From an uncultured Pelagibacteraceae bacterium (GTDB taxonomy: Bacteria; Pseudomonadota; Alphaproteobacteria; Pelagibacterales; Pelagibacteraceae): DNA of 64,000 nt. The notes below the pieces were generated by a model. The model ran no database searches. It saw only the letters and a program-made list of their open reading frames with translations, and was not told the origin of the DNA. Both the position numbers and the translations under genes were made by a program. This document shows positions 22,759 to 31,855 of the stretch, piece by piece. The stretch covers positions 2,398 through 66,397 of the forward strand of contig CABYJR010000002.1 of NCBI GenBank assembly GCA_902519445.1. The letters run 5' to 3'. Position 1 is the stretch's first letter; each line of letters begins with the position of its first letter.

Positions 22759-23369
22759 TATTTATTTTCAATTTTATTTTTTTCAGTTTCTTTGTGAATA
22801 TACTTAGTGCCTTCCCAAGGGCTTTCAAAATCAAAATTTCTGTACTCTTGATCTAATTTAACTGGCTCAGAAACAACTTTTTTTTTATCTTCGCTGTATC
22901 TCACTTCTGTATGTCCTGTTAAGGGAAAATCTTTTCTTAAAGGATATCCTTCAAAACCATAATCGGTAAGTATTCTTCTTAAATCAGGATGATCTTTAAA
23001 TGAAATTCCATACATATCAAATACTTCTCTTTCCATCCAATTTGCAGAAGGAAATATTTTTGTCAAAGATGGAACAATTTTTTTATCTTCAATGTTTGTA
23101 TTTACTATAACTCTTAGATTATTTTCATGACTCAGTAACAAATAAACAATTTTAAATCTACTTTCTCTATTGGGAAAATCTACTGCAGTAATATCAATCA
23201 ATTGTTTAAAACGACATTTGTCATTTGTTTTTAAAAATAAAATTGTAGAAATAATATCTTTAAAATCTATATCTAAATAGAGTTGTCCAAAATTAATCTC
23301 TGATTTAATAACATTTGTTGTTAGACCAGAATTAACTATTTTTTTAAGATCGTTTATAGTTGTAGGCAT
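22758..23369 (-). CDS. nuoC: NADH-quinone oxidoreductase subunit C (30-kDa)
   Basis: 203 aa ([25 protein letters not shown]). Confidence 0.95.
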   Translation of the reverse strand: MPTTINDLKKIVNSGLTTNVIKSEINFGQLYLDIDFKDIISTILFLKTNDKCRFKQLIDITAVDFPNRESRFKIVYLLLSHENNLRVIVNTNIEDKKIVPSLTKIFPSANWMEREVFDMYGISFKDHPDLRRILTDYGFEGYPLRKDFPLTGHTEVRYSEDKKKVVSEPVKLDQEYRNFDFESPWEGTKYIHKETEKNKIENK

Positions 23370-23371
23370 TA

Positions 23372-23896
23372 TTATCTTTTTATATTTCCTTCTCTTCTAA
23401 TTTTTTTTTGTAATTGTAAAATTCCGTATAGAAGAGCCTCAGCAGATGGTGGGCATCCAGGAACATAAATATCAACTGGAACAATACGATCGCAACCTCT
23501 AACTACAGAATAAGAATAATGATAATAACCTCCTCCATTCGCGCAACTACCCATGGATATAACATATCTTGGCTCGGGCATTTGATCGTAAACCTTTCTG
23601 AGTGGAGAAGCCATTTTATTTGTTAGCGTTCCAGCAACTATCATTACATCAGATTGTCTTGGTGAAGCTCTTGGCGCAGCTCCAAATCTTTCAAGATCAT
23701 ATCTTGGCATTGATGCTTGCATCATTTCTACAGCACAACAAGCTAATCCAAAAGTCATCCAATGAAGAGAGCCTGTTCTAGCCCAATTAATTAAATTATC
23801 AAAAGATGTAGTAATAAATCCTTTTTCACTAAATTCCTTTGCTATATTTTTAAACTCTTCTGGTATTTCTTGATTTTTTTTTTCTAAATCAATCAT
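23372..23896 (-). CDS. nuoB: NADH-quinone oxidoreductase subunit B (PSST, N2 cluster)
   Basis: 174 aa with [17 protein letters not shown] and YVPGCPP motifs. Confidence 0.97.
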   Translation of the reverse strand: MIDLEKKNQEIPEEFKNIAKEFSEKGFITTSFDNLINWARTGSLHWMTFGLACCAVEMMQASMPRYDLERFGAAPRASPRQSDVMIVAGTLTNKMASPLRKVYDQMPEPRYVISMGSCANGGGYYHYSYSVVRGCDRIVPVDIYVPGCPPSAEALLYGILQLQKKIRREGNIKR

Positions 23897-23897
23897 T

Positions 23898-24266
23898 CTA
23901 ATCCCAATCTAATGCTCCTATTTTCCACTCATAAACAAAACCAATTGTTAAAATAAAAAGGAAAATCATCATGGACCAAAAACCTAGCGCTCCGATACTT
24001 CCCAAAGATATAGCCCAAGGAAATAAAAAAGCTATCTCAAGGTCAAAAATAATAAATAAAATTGCTACTAAATAAAATCTAACATCAAATTCCATTCTTG
24101 AATCGCTAAATGCTTCAAATCCACATTCATAAGCAGAAAGTTTTTCTGGATCTGGATTTTTAGGTGAAAATAAAAAATTTAATATAATGAATCCAATACT
24201 TAATGCCAAAGCAACAAAAGTGAAAATTATAATAGACAAGTAATCTTTTAAAAAATCTTCAATCAT
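23898..24266 (-). CDS. nuoA: NADH-quinone oxidoreductase subunit A
   Basis: 122 aa, 3 TM helices, YECGFEAF motif. First gene of the operon. Confidence 0.95.
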   Translation of the reverse strand: MIEDFLKDYLSIIIFTFVALALSIGFIILNFLFSPKNPDPEKLSAYECGFEAFSDSRMEFDVRFYLVAILFIIFDLEIAFLFPWAISLGSIGALGFWSMMIFLFILTIGFVYEWKIGALDWD

Positions 24267-24356
24267 TTTATTATCAAATATATAACATATTTTATTTCAC
24301 ATACAGACGTGACATTAGGTTTTAAAAATTACTAACAAGCTGTATTTTAAGGAAAG

Positions 24357-24433
24357 TGGCGGGAGTGACGGGACTCGAACCCGCGACCTCCTGCGTGACA
24401 GGCAGGCGCTCTAACCAACTGAGCTACACCCCC
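24357..24433 (-). tRNA. tRNA-Asp (anticodon GTC), CCA encoded
   Basis: Reverse complement is GGGGGTGTAGCTCAGTTGGTTAGAGCGCCTGCCTGTCACGCAGGAGGTCGCGGGTTCGAGTCCCGTCACTCCCGCCA. It folds as a cloverleaf with a 7-bp acceptor stem, anticodon loop CT-GTC-AC and T-loop TTCGAGT. Confidence 0.95.
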
Positions 24434-24439
24434 ACTTAA

Positions 24440-24515
24440 TGGTGGGCGCTGAAGGACTCGAACCTACGACCCTCTCGGTGTAAACGAGATGCTCTACCAA
24501 CTGAGCTAAGCGCCC
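24440..24515 (-). tRNA. tRNA-Val (anticodon TAC), CCA encoded
   Basis: Reverse complement is GGGCGCTTAGCTCAGTTGGTAGAGCATCTCGTTTACACCGAGAGGGTCGTAGGTTCGAGTCCTTCAGCGCCCACCA. Perfect acceptor stem and anticodon stem TCTCG/CGAGA with loop TT-TAC-AC. There is one T:T mismatch in the T stem. Confidence 0.92.
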
Positions 24516-24560
24516 TATAATCTTTTCAAGTTTCTACAATACGCAAATAGTAAAGTAAAT

Positions 24561-27107
24561 TTAATTCTCTAAATCTTTAATGCTTACAAATTTATCAGCT
24601 AAATCTCGGTTATTTTTTTTTATTTCATCAAAAAAATTCCAGGCTAAAACTAATGCATAATCAGGTTTTTCCTTTATTTTATCTTTAGACAAAATAGGAA
24701 TTTTCATGCCTGGCAAATACTTTCCATGCTTAAATTTGTTATCTTCAACTATGCAATCTATCTCACTAGAGATTCCAAAAAAGTTTAAAGCTGTGGTAGC
24801 TTTTGCTGGAGACCCATAACCAATTATTTTATTGTTTTTATCTTTAAGATTTAAAATATTTTTTCTTATATTATCTCTAATTTTATATACTTTTTTGGCA
24901 AATTCTTGATATGTTTTATATTTGTTAATTCCAAATTTTTCTTCCTGCTTAACTAGCTCCTTAACACTATTTTCAATTTTTATTTTTTTACCTTTTTTAA
25001 TATAAACTCTTATAGAACCTCCGTGGGTGTTTATCTTTTCTGCTCTATAAATAAAAGCAGATTGTTTTTCAAAAAAATTATTTAATGATGTTAAAGACCA
25101 GTAGTTATAGTGTTCATGGTAAATATTATCAAAAGTTAAATCTTTTAAAGTATCTAATAAATATTGAACTTCTATGATTAAAGTTCCATTTTTATTCAAA
25201 AGTTTAAACATACATTCTGACATTTCTTTCAATTTATCTGAATGGGCAAAAACATTTGATGCCAAGATTAAATCTGCATTCTTCTTTATTTTATTTAAGT
25301 TATTTTTTTCTAAAAATCCATTAAATGTTTTAATTTTATTTTTGTTTGCTAATTTTGCCAAATTTTTAGCTGGTTCTATTCCTAATATTTTTTTAAACCC
25401 TAAATCTTTGAATGGTTTAAGCGCAACTCCATCATTGCTTCCTATATCGATTATGTATGATTTTTTTTTATTTAATTTAAAATCTTTAATATATTTTTTT
25501 GCAGCATTTACAAAGTGTTCTCTGAAAGTTTTAGAAGTGGAAGATGTGTATAAATAGTTTGTAAACATTTTCTTAGGATTTATAGCTACAGATAATTGAC
25601 AATTGTGACATCTTCCACAGTAATTTACTTCTAAAGGATATAATTCACATTTATCATCTTTTTTATTTAATAAATTATTTGCAAGTGGTTGGTATCCTAA
25701 AGAAATAACTCTCTTAAGTTTGGTATTTCCACATGATCTGCAATCAAACTTGTAACAACCTAATAATAAATTTTTTTCATTATCATCTACTAATACATGT
25801 CTTACTGTATGTGTTACTCCATAATTATCATGTTCTCTTTCACCTCTTACTAAGTTTAAAAAAACTGTATCTTTAGAAAAAACCATAGCGTGCGCTGTAT
25901 TTGGTTTCGTAACTATCAATTGCCCTTCATCAACTACATGTGTAATTTTTGGTGAATTTTTATTTAGTAAATCTTGATATACGCTTATAAATTGACCTTT
26001 AGTTACTAAACACTTTTGTTCTTGTATCGGATGGTAGTGGTTAGCTCTAGTAGTTCCTTTTTTTGAATCTATTAATCCTATCAAGTTCACTGGTTCAGGT
26101 AATTCATGGTTACTAATTTTTCCACGATTATCGACAAATTCTTTTTCTCCATTTCTAACATGCTCTAAATCTTTCGTTATACTTAACTTAGACCATTTCA
26201 AAATCATTTCTTTAATACCTTCATCCAAATTGTATAAAAATTTAAAACCTGCTTTTAAAATCTTTTTATTTGATAAAGAAAATCCTAAATTAGGAATTTC
26301 ATCATTAGTCTCTTTTAGTGTGATTTTTTTATTATTCTTTTTACAGATTTCTGCAACTTGTTTTACTGTTACAGTGTCCTTTGTTAAATTAAATACTTCA
26401 GAAGAAATATCATCTCTCTCTTCCACATACTTAAAACATCGCGCTACATCAATTAGAGGAACTAAACTTTTAATTTGCCTTCCTCCTGCAAAAAGTTTTA
26501 AAGTTCCATCTTGGGAAGCTATCTTTGAAAAAAGGTTTGGCATTATATCAATTCGAGCAGTATCCGTTGAATAGCCATAAACAGAACCTAATCTTAAAAT
26601 TACATAATTTTTTCCTGAGTTTTTTAATTGATTTTCGTTATTAGCTTTAGAGCTTGCATAAGAAAGTATTGGTTTCGTTTCGTCGTCTTCAAGTATGTCA
26701 GTTTTAACTTTTTCAATTCCTTCATATACAACATGCGTTGATGGGAAAATTATTTTACATTTATTACTAATAGCATCAATTATATTTTGAGTTCCTTCTT
26801 CTGCTACCAATTTTATTTTGGAATCTTTTATATCATTACTCTCGCTTTTTACTCTCGGTACATCAGTTATTCCAGCAAGATGATGAACAATATCCGCATC
26901 TTTACAGTGTTGATTTACTAAATCTTTATCTAATATATCTCCATGGATAAAATTAATATCCCAATTTCTTAGCTGATTAACCCTCTCAGATACGAATCTG
27001 TTGTCGATTACTAAAATTTCATTATTCCAGCTTACTCCAGAATATATTTTACATAATTCAGTTCCTATATAACCAAGTCCGCCAGTTATAACGATTTTTT
27101 TATGCAT
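24561..27107 (-). CDS. Tri-domain sugar-nucleotide-modifying fusion protein: NAD-dependent SDR epimerase/reductase, cupin domain, and zinc-ribbon SAM-dependent NDP-hexose C-methyltransferase
   Basis: 848-aa uninterrupted ORF. Residues 1 to ~310 have a Rossmann motif VITGGLGYIGTE and catalytic YASSK. Residues ~320-440 form a cupin with TRANHYHPIQEQKCLVTKGQ (CapF/WbjC-like pattern). Residues ~455-848 carry a zinc ribbon (CRSCGN...CGRCHNCQ), a SAM motif IIDIGSNDG and a C-methyltransferase C-domain (NIYHEHYNYWS). Confidence 0.8.
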   Translation of the reverse strand: MHKKIVITGGLGYIGTELCKIYSGVSWNNEILVIDNRFVSERVNQLRNWDINFIHGDILDKDLVNQHCKDADIVHHLAGITDVPRVKSESNDIKDSKIKLVAEEGTQNIIDAISNKCKIIFPSTHVVYEGIEKVKTDILEDDETKPILSYASSKANNENQLKNSGKNYVILRLGSVYGYSTDTARIDIMPNLFSKIASQDGTLKLFAGGRQIKSLVPLIDVARCFKYVEERDDISSEVFNLTKDTVTVKQVAEICKKNNKKITLKETNDEIPNLGFSLSNKKILKAGFKFLYNLDEGIKEMILKWSKLSITKDLEHVRNGEKEFVDNRGKISNHELPEPVNLIGLIDSKKGTTRANHYHPIQEQKCLVTKGQFISVYQDLLNKNSPKITHVVDEGQLIVTKPNTAHAMVFSKDTVFLNLVRGEREHDNYGVTHTVRHVLVDDNEKNLLLGCYKFDCRSCGNTKLKRVISLGYQPLANNLLNKKDDKCELYPLEVNYCGRCHNCQLSVAINPKKMFTNYLYTSSTSKTFREHFVNAAKKYIKDFKLNKKKSYIIDIGSNDGVALKPFKDLGFKKILGIEPAKNLAKLANKNKIKTFNGFLEKNNLNKIKKNADLILASNVFAHSDKLKEMSECMFKLLNKNGTLIIEVQYLLDTLKDLTFDNIYHEHYNYWSLTSLNNFFEKQSAFIYRAEKINTHGGSIRVYIKKGKKIKIENSVKELVKQEEKFGINKYKTYQEFAKKVYKIRDNIRKNILNLKDKNNKIIGYGSPAKATTALNFFGISSEIDCIVEDNKFKHGKYLPGMKIPILSKDKIKEKPDYALVLAWNFFDEIKKNNRDLADKFVSIKDLEN

Positions 27108-27195
27108 AATTATTATTGTTCTTTATCTAAATTAGATCTTTATGTTATTACTATGGCAAAGACTTATATTATATAAATTTAAATTTCAATTATAT

Positions 27196-27945
27196 ATGAA
27201 AATCTACGATTGTTTTCAGTTTTTCGATGAGGATATGCTTTTAGACCTCAGGTTAAACGTGATGAACAAATATATTGATAAATTTGTTATTACTGAAGCT
27301 ACCTACATGCATAATGGAAAACCTAAAAATCTCAATTTTGATATTAAAAAATATTCAAAATTTAAAGATAAAATAATTTATATTGTAGTTGATAAGCAGC
27401 CTCCTGATCTTTTTACAATTTACAAAACTGATAAAAATAAAAATGATGTAAGAGGCCAAAAATTAGTTCTGAATGGTTATAAGAGAGATAACTACCAAAG
27501 ACAGATGGCAGCTGAACATTTAAAAAATATTAATGACGATGACTGGATAATAATTAATGATATAGACGAAATACCAAATCTAGAAAATGTTAATTTAAAT
27601 GAAATAAATAATAAAATTGTAATTTTTAAACAGCAAATTTTTTATTATAAATTTAATTTACTTTATCCAAAGGTATCTTGGTATGGCTCTAAAGCTTGTA
27701 AAAAAAAGGAATTTATATCTCCGCAATGGTTAAGAGATTTAAAACATAAAAAATATCCTTTTTGGAGATTAGACACAATATTTTCAAAAAAAAAATATAA
27801 AAATATTATTCATATAAATAATGGTGGTTGGCATTTTACTAATATTAAATCAGCGGAAGATATCGAAAAAAAACTATTAAATTATACTCATCATTATGAA
27901 TTTGAGCAAAGTGGTTTAAATATTGATGATTTAAGAAAAAAATAG
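27196..27945 (+). CDS. Glycosyltransferase family 17-like protein (beta-1,4-GlcNAc-transferase-III-like fold), frame-0 portion ending at a TAG directly after an A7 run
   Basis: The start MKIYDCFQFFDEDMLLDLRLN is typical for the family; the 18 extra N-terminal codons in the ORF track look spurious. Other family-like motifs are DIDEIP and NNGGWHFTN. The frame stops at 27943-27945 although the family-typical C-terminus continues in the -1 frame. Confidence 0.8.
   Translation: MKIYDCFQFFDEDMLLDLRLNVMNKYIDKFVITEATYMHNGKPKNLNFDIKKYSKFKDKIIYIVVDKQPPDLFTIYKTDKNKNDVRGQKLVLNGYKRDNYQRQMAAEHLKNINDDDWIIINDIDEIPNLENVNLNEINNKIVIFKQQIFYYKFNLLYPKVSWYGSKACKKKEFISPQWLRDLKHKKYPFWRLDTIFSKKKYKNIIHINNGGWHFTNIKSAEDIEKKLLNYTHHYEFEQSGLNIDDLRKK
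27936..27945 (+). promoter_or_regulatory. A AAA AAA TAG: homopolymeric slippery heptamer followed by a 0-frame stop (candidate -1 recoding, transcriptional slippage or phase-variation site, or a homopolymer sequencing error)
   Basis: Frame-0 codons are tta aga aaa aaa tag. The A run spans 27936-27942 (7 nt). Either one extra A or a -1 tRNA-Lys slip joins ...DDLRKK to IEDKKIIYDH.... Confidence 0.5.
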
Positions 27946-28091
27946 AAGATAAAAAAATTATATATGATCATGGGGTTGATCAAAGAGAACCTAAATGGAG
28001 ATCTGAAAAAACTTTAACTAAAATTGATCTGAAAGAAATGCCAAAATACTTACAAGAAAATTACAGTAAATATGTTAATTGGTTAGAGTAG
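27942..28091 (+). other. -1-frame continuation encoding the missing C-terminal 49 aa of the GT17-like protein
   Basis: The -1 frame from 27942 reads IEDKKIIYDHGVDQREPKWRSEKTLTKIDLKEMPKYLQENYSKYVNWLE*. It has no plausible start codon of its own, because the frame opens only after a TGA at 27927-27929. It overlaps the lon 3' end by 17 nt. Confidence 0.7.
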
Positions 28092-30465
28092 ATATTTTTT
28101 CACCATCTTTAGATTTAGCAACTTCTACTTCCATCCATTCGACTGGTTTTAATTCTTTTGTTAGTGCCATTTTTATAACCTCATCAACAGTTTTTACTGT
28201 TTGAACTTCAATATTATCAAGTATGTTTTTAGGAATCTCAACTAAATCCTTTTTATTTTCTTCTGGTATTATAACTTTTGGAATGCCGGCTCTATGTGCA
28301 GCCAATAATTTTTCTTTAAGTCCTCCTATAGGTAATACGTGTCCTCTTAATGTAACCTCACCCGTCATTGCAATATTTTTATCAACCGGAACTCCTGTTA
28401 TTGACGAAACTATAGAAGTCACCATTGCTATTCCAGCTGAAGGTCCATCTTTTGGTGTGGCGCCTTCGGGAACATGGATATGAAAATCTTTTTTTTCAAA
28501 AATCGGAGGTATTATTCCAAATTCTAAGGATTTAGATCTGACATATGATTTTGCTGCTTTTACAGATTCTTGCATAACATCACCTAATTTTCCTGTGATT
28601 TGCATTTTTCCTTTTCCCGGCATTATAGCGGATTCTATTTTTAGTATTTCACCACCAAATTCTGTCCAAGCCAATCCTGTTACAATTCCAATTTTGTTTT
28701 CTGATTCTATTTCTCCGTACTTAAATTTCTTCACTCCTAAAAATTCTGACAAATTTTCTGTTGTAATATTAACCGAAGTATCTTTTTTTACTAAAATATT
28801 TTTTACTGTTTTTCGCGCTAGTTTAGAAACTTCTCGTTCAAGATTTCTAACTCCAGATTCTTTCGTATAACTACGAATAACATCCTTAAGAACAGCTGAG
28901 TCTAAATTTAGTTCATTTTTTTCAAGACCATTTTCCTTAATTTGTTTTGGTATTAAATAATTATTTGCAATATTTATTTTTTCGTCTTCTGTATAGCCCG
29001 GTATTCTTATTACTTCCAATCTATCTAGAAGAGGTGGAAGAATATTAAGTGTGTTTGCCGTTGTCACAAACATTACATCAGAAAGATCATAATCAACTTC
29101 TAAATAATGATCATTAAAATTTAAATTTTGTTCAGGATCTAAGGCTTCTAATAATGCTGAAGAAGGATCTCCTCTATAGTCAGATCCAACTTTGTCAATT
29201 TCATCAAGCAAAAAGAGAGGATTTTTTGTTCCAGCCTTTTTCATTTGTTGAATAATTTTCCCTGGTAATGAACCTATGTAAGTTCTTCTATGACCTCTAA
29301 TTTCAGCTTCATCTCTAATTCCTCCTAAAGACATTCGTACAAACTTTCTTCCTGTTGCTCTCGCAATTGATTTGCCTAGCGATGTCTTTCCAACTCCTGG
29401 TGGGCCGACTAGACACAATATGGCTCCTTTAATTTTTCCTACTCTCTTTTGTACAGCTAAATATTCAAGTATTCTTTCTTTTACTTTTTCTAACCCATAA
29501 TGGTCTTGATCAAGAATTTTATTAGCTTCGTTTATATCTATTGTGTCTAATTTTTTAGTTTTATTATACCAAGGCAATTCTATCATCCAGTCGAGATAAT
29601 TTCTTACAACTGTAGCTTCTGCTGACATAGAGCTCATTGATTTTAACTTCTTTAATTCAGATAAACATTTTTTTTGAGCTTCTTTCGTCATTTTAGCTTT
29701 AAGAATAGCTTTGTGTAAATTTGCACTTTCGTCTTTTCCATCTTCTATTTCTCCAAGCTCCTTTTGAATTGCCTTCATTTGTTCATTTAAATAGTATTCT
29801 CTTTGCGTTTTTTCCATCTGATTTTTTACTCTTCCTCTTATTCTTTTCTCCACACCAATGACATTAATTTCATTGTTAATATGTTCCATTAATTTTTCTA
29901 ATCTTTTTTTTAAATCTAATGTTTCTAATAATTTTTGTTTTTCTGGAATAGTTATATTTAATTGACCAGAAATATGATCAGCAATTTTTGTAGTATTTTT
30001 TTGTTCTTTTAGTGAATTTAATAAATCAGAAGGAATTTTTTTGCTTAAATTTGTTAATTTTTCTAACTTTCTTATCATTGCTATAGCAAATGGAAGATGA
30101 TCTTCTTTTGAGTCAACTATATCAAGAGCAATCTCTCCTGAAGTTTTCATGAAATCTTTATCATTTTTACATTCTAGAATTTTAATTCGATTTAATCCTT
30201 CAACTAGAACTTTTACAGTTCCGTCAGGAAGTTTTAACAATTGAAGTATTTTACTTTCGCAACCAAACGAATAAAGATTTTCTTCTTCCGGATCATCTAT
30301 CTCTGGATTTTTTTGAGTAATTAATATTATTTTTTTATTTGTTTTCATTACTTCGTTTAGTGCTTTTATTGATTTATCTCGACCAACAAATAAAGGCACG
30401 ATCATGCCAGGAAAGACAACTATATCTCTTAATGGTAAGCAGGGTAAAAAGTCAGTTTTATTCAT
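28075..30465 (-). CDS. lon: ATP-dependent Lon protease
   Basis: 796 aa with N-domain LPLRDIVVFPGMIVPLFVGR, Walker A GPPGVGKTS and protease serine motif PKDGPSAGIAM. Confidence 0.97.
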   Translation of the reverse strand: MNKTDFLPCLPLRDIVVFPGMIVPLFVGRDKSIKALNEVMKTNKKIILITQKNPEIDDPEEENLYSFGCESKILQLLKLPDGTVKVLVEGLNRIKILECKNDKDFMKTSGEIALDIVDSKEDHLPFAIAMIRKLEKLTNLSKKIPSDLLNSLKEQKNTTKIADHISGQLNITIPEKQKLLETLDLKKRLEKLMEHINNEINVIGVEKRIRGRVKNQMEKTQREYYLNEQMKAIQKELGEIEDGKDESANLHKAILKAKMTKEAQKKCLSELKKLKSMSSMSAEATVVRNYLDWMIELPWYNKTKKLDTIDINEANKILDQDHYGLEKVKERILEYLAVQKRVGKIKGAILCLVGPPGVGKTSLGKSIARATGRKFVRMSLGGIRDEAEIRGHRRTYIGSLPGKIIQQMKKAGTKNPLFLLDEIDKVGSDYRGDPSSALLEALDPEQNLNFNDHYLEVDYDLSDVMFVTTANTLNILPPLLDRLEVIRIPGYTEDEKINIANNYLIPKQIKENGLEKNELNLDSAVLKDVIRSYTKESGVRNLEREVSKLARKTVKNILVKKDTSVNITTENLSEFLGVKKFKYGEIESENKIGIVTGLAWTEFGGEILKIESAIMPGKGKMQITGKLGDVMQESVKAAKSYVRSKSLEFGIIPPIFEKKDFHIHVPEGATPKDGPSAGIAMVTSIVSSITGVPVDKNIAMTGEVTLRGHVLPIGGLKEKLLAAHRAGIPKVIIPEENKKDLVEIPKNILDNIEVQTVKTVDEVIKMALTKELKPVEWMEVEVAKSKDGEKISTLTN

Positions 30466-30475
30466 TATTAGTAGT

Positions 30476-30503
30476 ATATGGGTATAATTGGAATAATTTC
30501 AAC
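30476..30503 (-). promoter_or_regulatory. Candidate RpoH (sigma-32)-type heat-shock promoter for lon
   Basis: The minus strand reads GTTGAAA-N14-CCCATAT. This is close to the consensus CTTGAAA-N13-15-CCCCATNT. The -10 element ends only 10 nt before the lon ATG. Confidence 0.4.
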
Positions 30504-30510
30504 AATTTTA

Positions 30511-31764
30511 TTAAGCTGCTGATGTTTTTTTGTTTTTTGTGTGTGTAAATATTGGTTCGCTATTATTTTTCACAACTGAAGCATTTAAAGTAACCTCGCT
30601 TACATCGCTCATTGCAGGAAGTTTAAACATGGTTTTTAGAAGCAATGACTCTATAATTGATCTCAATCCTCTCGCTCCTGTTTTTTTATTGATTGCTTTT
30701 TTTGCAATTTCTGCAATTGCATCTTCATTAAAATTCAATTTTACATTTTCAAACTCAAAAAGTCGTTTGTATTGTTTGATTAATGAATTTTTTGGCTCTT
30801 TTAAAATTTTTACTAATGATTTTTCATCAAGATCTTGAAGAGTTGCTAATATTGGCATTCTTCCAACAAATTCTGGTATTAAACCATACTTGATTAGATC
30901 TTCAGGTTCTAAATTTTTTATCAATTCACTCGAAGCTTGATCTTGAAAATGTTTAACTTTAGCTCCAAAACCAATAGATGTGTCCGATCCCCTTTTAGCT
31001 ATAACTTTATCTAAACCAGCAAAAGCTCCACCACATATAAATAATATATTTGTTGTATCAACTTGTAAAAATTCTTGTTGAGGATGTTTTCTTCCTCCTT
31101 GAGGTGGTACGCTAGCAATCGTTCCTTCCATTATTTTTAGCAAGGCTTGTTGTACACCCTCTCCAGAAACGTCTCTTGTTATAGAAGGGTTTTCTGATTT
31201 TCTACTTATTTTATCAACCTCATCTATATAAACTATTCCACGTTGTGCTTTTTCAACATTATAATCAGCGGCCTGTAATAATTTTAAAATTATATTTTCA
31301 ACATCTTCACCAACATACCCAGCCTCTGTCAGTGTTGTGGCATCAGCCATTGTAAAAGGAACATCAATAATTCTAGCTAAAGTTTGAGCTAATAATGTTT
31401 TTCCGCAACCAGTTGGTCCAACCAAAAGAATATTTGATTTAGATAGTTCTACATCTTTATTGCTTTTAGTCTCATAATTTAATCTTTTATAATGGTTGTG
31501 AACAGCTACAGATAAAACTTCTTTTGCATAGGTTTGTCCAATAACATACTCATCCAAAACCTTACAAATTTCTTGTGGTGTAGGTACACCTTCTTGATTA
31601 TTTACAAATGAATCTTTGTTTTCCTCTTTTATTATATCCATACAAAGTTCAACACATTCGTCACAAATAAAAACTGTAGGACCAGCAATTAATTTTCTTA
31701 CTTCGTGTTGGCTTTTTCCACAAAAGGAACAGTACAATATATTTTTATTATTTTTTTCAGACAT
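30511..31764 (-). CDS. clpX: ATP-dependent Clp protease ATP-binding subunit ClpX
   Basis: 417 aa with an N-terminal zinc ribbon (CSFCGK...CDEC), Walker A GPTGCGKT and an IGF-loop region. Confidence 0.97.
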   Translation of the reverse strand: MSEKNNKNILYCSFCGKSQHEVRKLIAGPTVFICDECVELCMDIIKEENKDSFVNNQEGVPTPQEICKVLDEYVIGQTYAKEVLSVAVHNHYKRLNYETKSNKDVELSKSNILLVGPTGCGKTLLAQTLARIIDVPFTMADATTLTEAGYVGEDVENIILKLLQAADYNVEKAQRGIVYIDEVDKISRKSENPSITRDVSGEGVQQALLKIMEGTIASVPPQGGRKHPQQEFLQVDTTNILFICGGAFAGLDKVIAKRGSDTSIGFGAKVKHFQDQASSELIKNLEPEDLIKYGLIPEFVGRMPILATLQDLDEKSLVKILKEPKNSLIKQYKRLFEFENVKLNFNEDAIAEIAKKAINKKTGARGLRSIIESLLLKTMFKLPAMSDVSEVTLNASVVKNNSEPIFTHTKNKKTSAA

Positions 31765-31794
31765 AATTTTTTATAAACGAATCAATTAATTTGA

Positions 31795-31822
31795 AAATAA
31801 ACTAATCTTTAAGGTTATCAAG
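31795..31822 (-). promoter_or_regulatory. Weak candidate alphaproteobacterial RpoH-type promoter upstream of clpX
   Basis: The minus strand reads CTTG-N17-TTTATTT, against the consensus CTTG-N17-18-CYTATNT. It lies about 30 nt upstream of the clpX ATG. In AT-rich sequence this could be a chance match. Confidence 0.2.
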
Positions 31823-31855
31823 TTTAAGTTGTATGTGTTAACTAAATCTAGTGTG

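Noticed and set aside
27142-27195. An 18-codon N-terminal extension of the GT17-like ORF (MLLLWQRLILYKFKFQLY), and likewise the TTG start at 45094 for the hydrolase.
   Set aside because: GT17-like proteins start at the MKIYDCF..FF.E motif, and the extension would consume most of the divergent promoter spacer. For the hydrolase, an ATG 30 nt downstream gives a conventional start.
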